DNA from: Candidatus Moraniibacteriota bacterium
GTDB lineage: Bacteria > Patescibacteriota > Minisyncoccia > Moranbacterales > UBA2206
Direction: 5' to 3'
Length of the DNA stretch: 50,722 bases
NCBI GenBank assembly: GCA_030645735.1
Contig: JAUSNP010000004.1
Span: 76,739 to 127,460 of the forward strand
Under the pieces are notes generated by a model. That model saw nothing but the letters and a program-made list of their open reading frames with translations, made no database searches and was not told the DNA's origin. The position numbers and the translations under genes are program-made. This document shows positions 6,087 through 15,075 of the stretch, piece by piece (position 1 is the first letter of the stretch; each line of letters starts with the position of its first letter).

Positions 6087-8351
6087 ATGTCAACTCTGCA
6101 AACCCAACTCAAAAACATCCCCAAAATCCTGCCGAAATATGCCAAGATTTTGGAAAAAATGGAACTCCACAGCGTGGAGGATCTTTTACTGAACTTTCCT
6201 TTCCGTTATGATGATTTTTCGCAGGCTTCTCCAATTTCCCCAGAATATATCAATCAAACAGTCACTATCGAAGGCATGGTCACCAAGAGCAAATTGGCGC
6301 GCGTTTTTCGACGCAAGATGACTATTGCCGAAATCACCGTCGAAGACTCTTCTGGCAATTCACTCAAAGCGGTGTGGTTCAATCAGCCATTCATTCTGGA
6401 AAGTTTGAAGGAAGGCACGCCAGTGCGTTTGAGCGGCAAGCTCACCTTGAAAGGCAAAGTCTTGCAAATGAGCAACCCAGCTTGGGAGCGCGCTGGTCGT
6501 GAAACCACCAACACGGGTTGCCTTGTGCCGGTCTACAACGAAACTCGCGGACTCACTTCCAAATGGTTGCGCTGGCAAATCAAACCGCTTTTGGCAATTG
6601 CCCAACAAATGGAAGATGTGGTGCCCTATGAAATTCGCCAACGCTTGAATCTATATGACATCTACACCGCCCTAACCCAGATTCACTTTCCCGACTCCAA
6701 AGAAAAACTTTTGCGCGCGCAAAAAAGATTCGCTTTTCAAGAAATGTTTTTGGTACAACTCAAAACTTTGCAAATCAAGTCGCTTTGGGAAGGCAATGCT
6801 TCTGTGCCAATCGCTTTTGATGAAAAATTGATTCAAAATTTTGTCAGTGGTCTGCCATTCAAATTGACCAACGCCCAACGCAAAGCTTCTTTTGAAATTC
6901 TCAAAGACCTGGAAAAACCCGCCCCCATGAATCGCCTGCTCAATGGGGATGTGGGAAGTGGCAAAACGATGGTAGCCGCCATCGCTTCCCTGCAAGCCAT
7001 GCAAGCTGGTTTTCAAGTGGTTATTATGGCACCGACGGAGGTTTTGGCGAAACAGCATTTTGAGAGTTTTAATAAAATTTTTGAGAAGTATGATTTTAAT
7101 ATTGCTTTGTTGACGAATTCGTATAAGTTAGTCAGCAGTCACCAGTCAACAGTCAACGGAAATGATAAGGTAGTCATCAGTCAATGGTCAACAGTCATTA
7201 AGAATGCTACGGCCGTCATCAGTCAACAGTCAACGGTCAACAACTGCAACGCCAAAGATGACAGATTACCGATGACCGATGACGTAATATTAAAACGCGA
7301 TGTTCTACTTAATAAAATACAATCTGGTGAAATAAATCTAGTCATTGGAACTCACGCCATCATCCAAAAAGATGTGGCCTTCAAAAATCTAGCGCTAATA
7401 ATTATTGACGAGCAACACCGCTTCGGCGTCGCGCAACGCGCTTTCCTCCAACAGGAAACCATGAGTGCCAATGACCCCGTAAAGTCCGCGACGGGCCACG
7501 GGGCAAGTGGCCAGAAGAAAACAATCCCCCATTTGCTGACCATGACGGCTACGCCTATCCCAAGAACTTTGGCCATCGCCATGTTTGGCAGTTTGGAACT
7601 TTCCATTCTGGATGAAATGCCAAAAAACCGCAAAGAAATTGTGACCAAAATCATTCCCGCCACCATTCGCCAAGAAGCCTATGATTTCATCCGCCAACAA
7701 GTGCACGAGGGTCGCCAAGTTTTTGTCATTTTGCCACTGGTAGAAGATTCAAAAGTTTTGACCGAAATCAAAGCCGCCACTTCAGAGCACCAAAGATTGT
7801 CCAGCGAAATTTTTCCTGATTTGCGTTTGGGACTTTTGCATGGCAAACTCAAATCCAAAGACAAAGAAGATGTGATGCAAAAATTCAAAGATCGCGAATT
7901 CGACATTTTGGTTTCCACTTCGGTGGTGGAAGTGGGCATCGACATTCCCAATGCCTCCGTGATTGTCATTGAAGACGCTGATCGTTTTGGATTGTCGCAA
8001 CTGCACCAATTCCGTGGACGCGTCGGTCGTGGCGAGCATCAATCCTATTGTTTTCTCTTCACCAATTCCAACACTGACAAAGCCACTGAAAGATTGCAAG
8101 CTATGGAAGACAGCAACGATGGTTTTGAAATTTCGCAAAAAGATTTGGAACTGCGTGGCCCAGGCCAATTCTTCGGCCTCGTCCAATCCGGCCTACCCGA
8201 CATTGCCATGGAGCATCTTTCAAATATAAAACTAATAAAATTCGCCCGCGCCGAAGCGCAAAATATTTTATCTTCCGACCCCGACCTAAAAAAGCACCCG
8301 CTCCTCGCGAGTGCCTTGCAAAAATTTCAAGAGAAGATTCATTTGGAATAG
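6087..8351 (+). CDS. recG: ATP-dependent DNA helicase RecG
   Basis: It has an N-terminal OB/wedge region, Walker A GDVGSGKT, DEQHRFG, TATPIPRTL and QLHQFRGRVGRG. It carries two atypical insertions; see the findings. Confidence 0.9.
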   Translation: MSTLQTQLKNIPKILPKYAKILEKMELHSVEDLLLNFPFRYDDFSQASPISPEYINQTVTIEGMVTKSKLARVFRRKMTIAEITVEDSSGNSLKAVWFNQPFILESLKEGTPVRLSGKLTLKGKVLQMSNPAWERAGRETTNTGCLVPVYNETRGLTSKWLRWQIKPLLAIAQQMEDVVPYEIRQRLNLYDIYTALTQIHFPDSKEKLLRAQKRFAFQEMFLVQLKTLQIKSLWEGNASVPIAFDEKLIQNFVSGLPFKLTNAQRKASFEILKDLEKPAPMNRLLNGDVGSGKTMVAAIASLQAMQAGFQVVIMAPTEVLAKQHFESFNKIFEKYDFNIALLTNSYKLVSSHQSTVNGNDKVVISQWSTVIKNATAVISQQSTVNNCNAKDDRLPMTDDVILKRDVLLNKIQSGEINLVIGTHAIIQKDVAFKNLALIIIDEQHRFGVAQRAFLQQETMSANDPVKSATGHGASGQKKTIPHLLTMTATPIPRTLAIAMFGSLELSILDEMPKNRKEIVTKIIPATIRQEAYDFIRQQVHEGRQVFVILPLVEDSKVLTEIKAATSEHQRLSSEIFPDLRLGLLHGKLKSKDKEDVMQKFKDREFDILVSTSVVEVGIDIPNASVIVIEDADRFGLSQLHQFRGRVGRGEHQSYCFLFTNSNTDKATERLQAMEDSNDGFEISQKDLELRGPGQFFGLVQSGLPDIAMEHLSNIKLIKFARAEAQNILSSDPDLKKHPLLASALQKFQEKIHLE
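7128..7292 (+). repeat. In-frame degenerate-word repeat insertion inside recG
   Basis: Words such as cagtcaacagtcaacgg, gtcatcagtcaa and gaccgatgaccgatgac encode LVSSHQSTVNGNDKVVISQWSTVIKNATAVISQQSTVNNCNAKDDRLPMTDDVILK. The segment lies between helicase motif Ia and the GTHA motif. Confidence 0.7.
7470..7514 (+). repeat. In-frame GC-rich hairpin insertion inside recG
   Basis: The DNA gaccccgtaaagtccgcgacgggccacggggcaagtggcc contains hairpins ccccgt/acgggg and ggccac/gtggcc. It encodes NDPVKSATGHGASGQ between the DEQH and TATPIPR motifs. Confidence 0.55.
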
Positions 8352-8396
8352 CTCCAAACATATTAGCACGTTAACATATTAACATTTGAAAAAAAC

Positions 8397-8428
8397 AAAA
8401 AAAGCGCTGATTAATTTCAGCGCTTTTT
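8397..8428. terminator. Rho-independent terminator flanked by word-repeat arms
   Basis: The sequence is aaaaagcgctga-ttaatt-tcagcgcttttt. The flanking arms are catattagcacgttaacatattaacat (8359-8386) and gctaacatgctaacgtgtttatgtgc (8429-8454), which are approximate reverse complements. Confidence 0.7.
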
Positions 8429-8454
8429 GCTAACATGCTAACGTGTTTATGTGC

Positions 8455-10143
8455 CTATTGTTTGCGTATCTTCTCCGTCACCCAAAAATCACCGAAATAA
8501 TTTTTGGTCATGATGCGAGTCTGGGAATCGATGGCTGGGAAAGCTGAGAAGATGGCGATGACTGGAAATAGCAAATATTGAAACAACATATTGAAATAGC
8601 GGGTCCAATGATATTTTTCCGGTTTCGGCGGCAGAGACAACATTGAAAGCGGAATGGACACCAACATACCCATCAAAGAAATCTGCATCAGATATTGCGT
8701 GATCATCGGCAGGTTGTGCGCCAAGACGCTGGTGCGGAAAATTTCTCCACCCAAGGCCAAAGGCAACCAACCTAGGAACGCCAACACGAAAGCGGTAGTC
8801 GCCCAAGTGTAGTGACCTTCCAACATTTCAAAGGAAATGCGCAACTTCGTTTTCAAAGCAATTTTTTTGTTCGGCCAAATGGCGCGCATGGTCACCGGAA
8901 AATTTTCAATACCATAAGCCCAACGACGATTCTGTTTATATTGATTCACAATTGTCTTCCAATAGGTGTCAGCCAACACGGCGTCCAATGAAATCGGCAA
9001 ATGGATTGGATGGACTTCATAGGCGCCGTCATACATCGACAAACATTTCCAATAGATGTTGGAGTCTTCACTGATGATGTTGACTGACCAAAAACCGACT
9101 TTGACCAATGTATCAAACGGTTCGGAATGCGAAGAAAAAGTCACCATCTCGCGGCGCGTGCTTTGATAGAGATGCCAGAAAGATGAACCCGTCACAATCA
9201 TACGCACCACTGCATTGGTGTCCCACAGGGTGTTGTGATAGACCGGAATCGGTTGATAGGCGCGTTGCAATCGCATTGGCGTGGTGATGTAGGCATAGGT
9301 CAATGCGGCAAAATATTCTGGATGCGCTACGGAGTCACAATCAAAATTGGAGAAGATAACTTTTTTGAAATCTACATTTCGTTCATTCAAATAGTTCACC
9401 AAATATTTGGCCGCATAAGTTGCATTGGATGCTTTGCATTTCATTTCACCCTCAGCCACCACATGAGTGGTCACAATGAAGTCGCGAAAAACGCCTTTGA
9501 ATTTGTTTTGTAGATATTCAACTTTAGCCAAGCGGGTTTCTGGATTCTCGCGCTCCTCCGTGCCCAACACCACAATCATCTGGCTCTTGGGGAAATTAGC
9601 ATCCATCAAAGATTGGATAGCTGGTTCGATGATTTCCGCTGGTTCATTGGCCGTCGGCAAAAAAACCACGTGCACGATCGAGCGCCAATCCCAAATTTCG
9701 TCTTTGATCGGAATCAGTTTTTCCACTTCACGCAAAAATTCAACATCTTGTTTGATTTTTTTCTTGACCGCTCGTTTCTGACCAAAACTAAAAAAAGAAA
9801 TTTCTCGCAAAGATTCTCGCATCAACTGAATGTGCGCTATCAAGTCTTGCGCATACGCCTCCGGATGCACAATGTTTTGGCAACGCCCCCACCAATCAAT
9901 TTTCTTGCCTTCCCGCATTTTGAAATGCGCTTCCACAGAATAATAGGTGATGAAAATAATTTTCAAAATGAAATAGATATCAAACACAATGATCGCAATC
10001 GCTGCCACCGCCGGAAAATACATCGAACCTACAATCATCAAAAAGAAAGTGGACCAAGTCATAGCCCCCGGAATAATCTCAAAAAAGCGCTGTTTTTTGC
10101 GCTCCTCGGGGACAGTCGTTTTTGGATCTGGGAATTTATACAT
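8455..10143 (-). CDS. Membrane-embedded family-2 glycosyltransferase (processive, QxxRW type)
   Basis: 562 aa with N- and C-terminal TM helices. Motifs seen: FLPTANEP, acidic NFDCDS, and QNRRWAYG (Q-x-x-R-W). Confidence 0.7.
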   Translation of the reverse strand: MYKFPDPKTTVPEERKKQRFFEIIPGAMTWSTFFLMIVGSMYFPAVAAIAIIVFDIYFILKIIFITYYSVEAHFKMREGKKIDWWGRCQNIVHPEAYAQDLIAHIQLMRESLREISFFSFGQKRAVKKKIKQDVEFLREVEKLIPIKDEIWDWRSIVHVVFLPTANEPAEIIEPAIQSLMDANFPKSQMIVVLGTEERENPETRLAKVEYLQNKFKGVFRDFIVTTHVVAEGEMKCKASNATYAAKYLVNYLNERNVDFKKVIFSNFDCDSVAHPEYFAALTYAYITTPMRLQRAYQPIPVYHNTLWDTNAVVRMIVTGSSFWHLYQSTRREMVTFSSHSEPFDTLVKVGFWSVNIISEDSNIYWKCLSMYDGAYEVHPIHLPISLDAVLADTYWKTIVNQYKQNRRWAYGIENFPVTMRAIWPNKKIALKTKLRISFEMLEGHYTWATTAFVLAFLGWLPLALGGEIFRTSVLAHNLPMITQYLMQISLMGMLVSIPLSMLSLPPKPEKYHWTRYFNMLFQYLLFPVIAIFSAFPAIDSQTRIMTKNYFGDFWVTEKIRKQ

Positions 10144-10216
10144 ACGCTACTCAAAATAGCTCATTTTGGTCGAAAAGTCAATCCAAAATTAGCTATAAAT
10201 TTAAAAATATCTTATA

Positions 10217-10245
10217 AAACAAAACCTCCCTTTCATAGGAGGCTT
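10217..10245 (-). terminator. Terminator following tRNA-Glu
   Basis: The minus strand reads cctcc-tatgaaa-gggagg, followed by ttttgtttt. Confidence 0.45.
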
Positions 10246-10255
10246 TGCTATTATG

Positions 10256-10330
10256 TACCGCCAAGGGGATTCGAACCCCTGATTTCCAGGATGAAAACCT
10301 GGCGTCCTGACCGGGCTAGACGATGGCGGC
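10256..10330 (-). tRNA. tRNA-Glu(UUC)
   Basis: The reverse complement is GCCGCCATCGTCTAGCCCGGTCAGGACGCCAGGTTTTCATCCTGGAAATCAGGGGTTCGAATCCCCTTGGCGGTA. The anticodon stem is CCAGG/CCTGG and the loop is TTTTCAT. Confidence 0.85.
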
Positions 10331-10391
10331 ATGTCTAACAAATATAACAGTAGGAATAATAGCATGAAGTCAAAAATAAATCAAGGGCTAA

Positions 10392-12461
10392 CTACAGTTC
10401 ATCAATAATTTTACGAGCTTCATCCTGTGTTTCTTGTTTTTTAAAAATTTTATTTTCAAGAAGTTTTTCACCTATTTCCCTTCTTTTTTCAAGCGAAAGT
10501 CCAGCATGACCCATCGCAACTTCTTCGGGAGTTATTTGTTTGCCAACTTCAATTGTTCCGTCATCATTAACATTGATACATTCATATACATTCCTATCGA
10601 GAGTCATAATATACAGTGGAATATTTCGCTTACTCGCAACAGCAAAACGTTCTTTATAAGAATCCACTATGGCTTTGAGATTATGCCTATTAGAACCCTT
10701 ATCTATCCCGGAGCCAAAAAATTCTGGCATTTCCTCTGAAAGATGCCTAACATCCTCAACCTTGCCAGCCCAAAAGCGCCCATTTTCATCCTGCTCAGCA
10801 TGTTGGAAAAAACCAAAAACTTCTGGATTATTGACAACAACCTCGTTCATCACGACATGTTCTCCAAAGCGCTCATAAGTCTTCCTTGATGACTCATCTT
10901 TTCGACCAACTACTTTATCAATTTCTTCAATTGATGATTTTTCTCCTCCTCTTTTTTTAATTCCATATGCGTGTGTTCCAGCATCACCAGTTGAAGCTTC
11001 CCCGATTTGCCCACCCCCGAATAAAAATCCACTTGCTCCTGGCCATAAATTTGCTTTCTCTCCTGGCGTAACTGATGAAGCGGAAACAGATGGTTCCAAT
11101 GCAAGCATTATATCAATGTCGTCCTGATAGGTTGTCTCACTGGAAACATTTGAATTTGCATTATGCCTCAAGCTTTCTCGTTCTTCTATCTTATGCACAA
11201 GAAAAACATTATTGCGCTTCATTACATTCTCAAGTGAACGATTCAGTGTGTCAAAGCGCTCTCTTGCCAATCCTTCAGCTTTATCATAATGCTCTTTTAT
11301 CTTTTCTTTTATTGATTTTAGCTTTTCACTATTTTCGATAAGTTGAGCTACATTTTCTTTTTCCATTTGAGCATCCTCCTGACTCAACTCACCACTAGAC
11401 ATAATTCTCTCAGCTGTCGCGCTCGCTTGCTCGCCTTGCATCTCAGAAAATTTTCCATATTCTGAATCACCTCTTTCTCCTTCCATATTTTCCGAAGAAA
11501 TATTCACAAAATCAATTCTAGTTTTTTGTAACCTAAGTTGACTACGACTTGCCTTACGCTGCTCGCGAATTTCTTGTGCCAGCTTTATGCGTTCTTCCAT
11601 AAGTAATTTTTTCGAAGCTTCTTTTTCACTCAGTAATTCTGGACTTTCCGTTACTCGCTCTTTCATCGCTGAAATATTTTCAACACTATCGACATCTTTT
11701 GAATGTTCTCCTTTCATATTTTCCTGTGACTTTAAATCAGTTACTGATTCTTGCTGAGTTTCTGGCAACTCATTTTGACTTGATAAATCCGTTGCATCAA
11801 TCATCTTCTTAATTTTGTCGGCATCTATTTCACTGACATTTTTCCATTTTGCATTCTGACCAGAAACTTCAACTATCTGTGAATGCAATTCAAGATATGC
11901 AGAAGAAGTATTTTTACCCTCAGCATGCAAACCTTTTATTTTTTCCTTAGCTTTATCAAATGTTTCCTGTCGATCAATATTTTCCAAAACGCCTTCGACT
12001 CCAGCTGCATCTATTTCTTCAGCTGACTTCCAAATATTCTGACCATTTTCTTGTTTCATAAGAAGAGAATTCAAAGCGACATATTCAGCACTTTCTTGTT
12101 TGCCAGCTGAAAACATTGTGTGAATTTTTTCCTGCCCGCTTCGGATTATTTTAGTAGGATTTTTTTCTTCATTTTTTAGCAATGATTGCAACTCTTCTTT
12201 TGCAGCATCAACCTCAGCAGCAATCTTTTGCAATTCTTTTTTGTCTTCGTTATCAATAGCCAATCCATCCTTCTCTGCCCTCGCCTCAGTTTGCGAAATT
12301 TCGTCGGCGCTTTCGGATTGAAAACCGGCAACTTCTTTTTCTGCCTCGGTCATCATTTGTTGTCGCGATTCCTCTGGTGATTCGACGCTCCGCGAAGCTT
12401 CATGATTTTCATGCGCTTCAGATTTTTTTTCAATTGTTGCCTGCTCATTATTCATGCTCAT
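10392..12461 (-). CDS. Large hypothetical protein: acidic coiled-coil N-terminal two-thirds plus an unrecognised ~270-aa C-terminal domain
   Basis: 689-aa uninterrupted ORF with no signal peptide or TM segment. Two internal ~50-aa repeats are visible (..SAEYVALNSLLMKQENGQNIWKSAEEIDA.. and ..SSAYLELHSQIVEVSGQNAKWKNVSEIDA..). No motif recognised in the C-terminal domain. Confidence 0.65.
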   Translation of the reverse strand: MSMNNEQATIEKKSEAHENHEASRSVESPEESRQQMMTEAEKEVAGFQSESADEISQTEARAEKDGLAIDNEDKKELQKIAAEVDAAKEELQSLLKNEEKNPTKIIRSGQEKIHTMFSAGKQESAEYVALNSLLMKQENGQNIWKSAEEIDAAGVEGVLENIDRQETFDKAKEKIKGLHAEGKNTSSAYLELHSQIVEVSGQNAKWKNVSEIDADKIKKMIDATDLSSQNELPETQQESVTDLKSQENMKGEHSKDVDSVENISAMKERVTESPELLSEKEASKKLLMEERIKLAQEIREQRKASRSQLRLQKTRIDFVNISSENMEGERGDSEYGKFSEMQGEQASATAERIMSSGELSQEDAQMEKENVAQLIENSEKLKSIKEKIKEHYDKAEGLARERFDTLNRSLENVMKRNNVFLVHKIEERESLRHNANSNVSSETTYQDDIDIMLALEPSVSASSVTPGEKANLWPGASGFLFGGGQIGEASTGDAGTHAYGIKKRGGEKSSIEEIDKVVGRKDESSRKTYERFGEHVVMNEVVVNNPEVFGFFQHAEQDENGRFWAGKVEDVRHLSEEMPEFFGSGIDKGSNRHNLKAIVDSYKERFAVASKRNIPLYIMTLDRNVYECINVNDDGTIEVGKQITPEEVAMGHAGLSLEKRREIGEKLLENKIFKKQETQDEARKIIDEL

Positions 12462-12609
12462 TTATTTTTTTTCTTAGCGCCTCCATGTGTTGCTCATCTA
12501 ATTTTCCAGAAATGCGTGCCAAAATATCAGAACGTCTTTTTTTCAAAGAAGTCATTTTGTCTTGAAAAATTTTCCAAGCCTGTTTATATTTTTCTGTTTT
12601 TTCTAACAT
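12448..12609 (-). CDS. Candidate 53-aa ORF overlapping the start of the 689-aa gene
   Basis: My translation is MLEKTEKYKQAWKIFQDKMTSLKKRRSDILARISGKLDEQHMEALRKKINEHE. It falls below the ORF-track length cut-off. Its stop (12450-12448) lies 14 nt inside the downstream ORF (ATG at 12461). A TGgTATATT extended -10-like motif lies upstream on the minus strand. Confidence 0.35.
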   Translation of the reverse strand: MLEKTEKYKQAWKIFQDKMTSLKKRRSDILARISGKLDEQHMEALRKKINEHE

Positions 12610-12664
12610 ATTTTTTCTAATTTGTATTCTAAATATACCACACCCGAGCTTCTTGGACGAAATA

Positions 12665-12673
12665 TGCTATAAT
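12665..12673 (+). promoter_or_regulatory. Extended -10 promoter element TGCTATAAT upstream of tsaD
   Basis: Exact TGCTATAAT about 29 nt upstream of the ATG at 12702. The same nonamer recurs at 43621 (+) and 28399-28407 (-). Confidence 0.45.
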
Positions 12674-12701
12674 TCACTCATATCCAGCTAACTAGAAACT
12701 T

Positions 12702-13772
12702 ATGAAAATTTTAGGCCTTGAATCGTCTTGCGATGAGACCGCTGCTTCGGTGGTGGAAATTGATGAGACGAATGGCTCGATTAAGCCTTTGTCTAATGTC
12801 ATCTCGTCTCAGATCAAGCTACATGCCAAATGGGGCGGTGTGGTGCCAAATTTGGCTGCCAGAGAGCATCTCAAAAACATCCTGCCAGTCATTGAGAGTG
12901 GCCTAGCTGAGGCTGGAGTTTCGAAAGATGAAATAGACCTGATCGCGGTGACGCATGGCCCAGGACTCATTCCTGCACTGCTAGTGGGCACAAACACGGC
13001 CAAAACTCTGTCTTTAGCTTGGGAGAAGCCCCTGTTGGGCATTCATCATATTGAAGGTCATATCTACGCCAATTTCATCAACAAGAAGGACGCTGACATC
13101 AAATTCCCTGCCTTGTGCTTGGTGGTTTCTGGTGGGCACACGCAGTTGGTTTTGATGAAAAAACATTTGACCTATGAAATCATCGGCGAGACACAAGATG
13201 ACGCCGTCGGCGAAGCTTTCGACAAAGTGGCGCGCATCTTGGGCTTGGGCTATCCTGGTGGACCAGCCGTGGCCTCTGCGGCCGCCACTTGTGAATTCCA
13301 ATCTTTTGATTTCGATGTGCACTTCCCACGCCCGATGCTCAAAAAAACTAATTTTGATTTTTCTTTTTCCGGTCTCAAAACGGCCGTGCTCTATTTCGTG
13401 AAAAAAAATCCAAAGGAAATTAAAAACAAAAAATTCATCGCTGAAGTCGCTTATGAATTTCAACAAGCGGCCGTGGAAGTTTTAGTGACCAAGACTATTC
13501 GCGCAGCTAAAAAATATTCTCCCAAAACCATTCTTTTGGCTGGTGGCGTCAGTGCCAACACAGAGCTGCAAACCCAACTCACTCAAGCCATTGAAGACAA
13601 TTTGTCTAAGACAAACTTCTCTTTTCCAGAAATCGCCTATCAATTGGACAATGCTACTATGATTGCCACGGCCGCCTATTTCCGCCATAAAGCCCTAACT
13701 AACAAAAAATCTCTGCTTTCAACTTGGAAAAATCTGCAAACTAAAGCTAATTTGGAATTGCCTAAAAAATAA
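12702..13772 (+). CDS. tsaD: tRNA N6-adenosine threonylcarbamoyltransferase TsaD (Kae1/Gcp family)
   Basis: ILGLESSCDETAASVV at the N-terminus, metal-binding HHIEGHI, and GGVSAN. Confidence 0.9.
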   Translation: MKILGLESSCDETAASVVEIDETNGSIKPLSNVISSQIKLHAKWGGVVPNLAAREHLKNILPVIESGLAEAGVSKDEIDLIAVTHGPGLIPALLVGTNTAKTLSLAWEKPLLGIHHIEGHIYANFINKKDADIKFPALCLVVSGGHTQLVLMKKHLTYEIIGETQDDAVGEAFDKVARILGLGYPGGPAVASAAATCEFQSFDFDVHFPRPMLKKTNFDFSFSGLKTAVLYFVKKNPKEIKNKKFIAEVAYEFQQAAVEVLVTKTIRAAKKYSPKTILLAGGVSANTELQTQLTQAIEDNLSKTNFSFPEIAYQLDNATMIATAAYFRHKALTNKKSLLSTWKNLQTKANLELPKK

Positions 13773-13776
13773 ATCG

Positions 13777-14340
13777 ATGCAAAAAATCAAACCTGTTATT
13801 TTTGGAATGTTGGCTGCTGGCGCCGCACTGGTTGTTGAATTGGTTCTGTCTGATGCCTATTTTATATTTTCCGGCCGAGAAGTCGAAACCAATTATTTTG
13901 ATCATATCACTTTGTTTTTATTTATCGTCGTCCTAATTGAAGAGAGCGCCAAATATATTCTCATCAAAAAATTATATACTGAAAAAAATGAAAATCACAA
14001 AATTTCCACTGCCTTTTTGGTTGGACTAGGCTTTGCGACCGTAGAATTTTTCTTTGTTTATGCCAATCAAAATTTGACTGATTTATATTCAGGCGCTTTT
14101 GGCGCCATCGCATTGCATTTGGCTACCACCGGAACCATTGGAATTGCAATTCTCGCGACAAAAAATTCCAATAGCGTTGCAATTCTAAAAACTGTTCTAA
14201 CTGCCTTTGGTCTACATATAATCTACAATTTAATGGTTATTTATAACTTGCCGTATGTACTGATTTATGTTTATTTAGCCCTTGTTTTCTTGACCTTATT
14301 TATCCTCAATCAGAAAATTCAATCTAACAGTAAAAAGTAA
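13777..14340 (+). CDS. Polytopic membrane protein, possibly a PrsW-like intramembrane protease
   Basis: 187 aa with 5-6 TM helices and an EESAKY motif (E-E-x-x-K, as in PrsW family). The assignment is tentative. Confidence 0.45.
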   Translation: MQKIKPVIFGMLAAGAALVVELVLSDAYFIFSGREVETNYFDHITLFLFIVVLIEESAKYILIKKLYTEKNENHKISTAFLVGLGFATVEFFFVYANQNLTDLYSGAFGAIALHLATTGTIGIAILATKNSNSVAILKTVLTAFGLHIIYNLMVIYNLPYVLIYVYLALVFLTLFILNQKIQSNSKK

Positions 14341-14412
14341 CTTTCATTTGCCAAATAAGCAATCCTCTATTATAATTATCTTAGATAATAAACCTAATAT
14401 TTATATAAACAA

Positions 14413-14934
14413 ATGCTTAAAGTAAAACGATCTTTCTTAGAGAAATTGACTGGCTCCAGCCGAATTGAAGACAATAACGAATACGAATCTCCAATGAAGC
14501 CCTTGTCACGCATTTATGAGGAAGAGGAAGAGTCAGAAATGATTATCAGTCCTTCTTCTCGAAACAATGCCCAAGAAGAAAGCCTTGTTTCTAGCGATGA
14601 AAGTGAGGGTCAACTGACTATTGATGTCTACCAAACTGAAAATGACATCGTCATCAAATCCACAATTGCTGGCGTGAAACCGGAAGATTTGGATGTCAGC
14701 ATCAACAATGATATGGTCAGCATCCGCGGTGAAAGAAAAAACGAAGAAGTGGTTGGTGAAGAAAATTATTACTACCAAGAATGTTATTGGGGAAACTTCT
14801 CCCGCTCAGTTATCTTGCCAGTTGATGTTCTATCCGAGAAATCAGAAGCTTCTATGAAAAATGGAATCTTAACCATCCGACTTCCAAAGGCTGACAACAC
14901 CAAGACCAAGAAAATTCAGGTTCGTGGCTTCTAA
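14413..14934 (+). CDS. Small heat-shock protein, Hsp20/alpha-crystallin family
   Basis: The alpha-crystallin domain reads GQLTIDVYQTENDIVIKSTIAGVKPEDLDVSINNDMVSIRGERK...GILTIRLPK. Confidence 0.85.
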   Translation: MLKVKRSFLEKLTGSSRIEDNNEYESPMKPLSRIYEEEEESEMIISPSSRNNAQEESLVSSDESEGQLTIDVYQTENDIVIKSTIAGVKPEDLDVSINNDMVSIRGERKNEEVVGEENYYYQECYWGNFSRSVILPVDVLSEKSEASMKNGILTIRLPKADNTKTKKIQVRGF

Positions 14935-14945
14935 AGCAACCTCTC

Positions 14946-14975
14946 AAAAAAACGCTCCCATGTGGAGCGTTTTTT
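14946..14975 (+). terminator. Rho-independent terminator
   Basis: The sequence is aaaaaaacgctcc-catgt-ggagcgttttt. Confidence 0.7.
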
Positions 14976-14986
14976 ATATCTTACAT

Positions 14987-14998
14987 CCTGCCGGCAGG
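14987..14998. repeat. CCTGCCGGCAGG palindrome (same core as the insertion in the tRNA-Ser remnant)
   Basis: cctgccggcagg is embedded in catcctgccggcaggcaggaatcctaggatg. The core matches 4984-5003. Confidence 0.7.
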
Positions 14999-15075
14999 CA
15001 GGAATCCTAGGATGACAGTTTACAGATGACCGTTCTCGTATTGATTCCGAAGCGATTTTACGCTATTATTAATCC

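Noticed and set aside
7474-7500. RNase P RNA-like string GTAAAGTCCGCGACGGGC
   Set aside because: It lies inside the recG reading frame, lacks the remaining conserved RNase P regions, and is explained as a short hairpin insertion.
9613-10338. A 241-aa plus-strand ORF spanning the start of the GT2 gene and the tRNA-Glu locus
   Set aside because: It overlaps a motif-supported minus-strand CDS and reads through a tRNA gene. Its composition is typical of an antisense frame.
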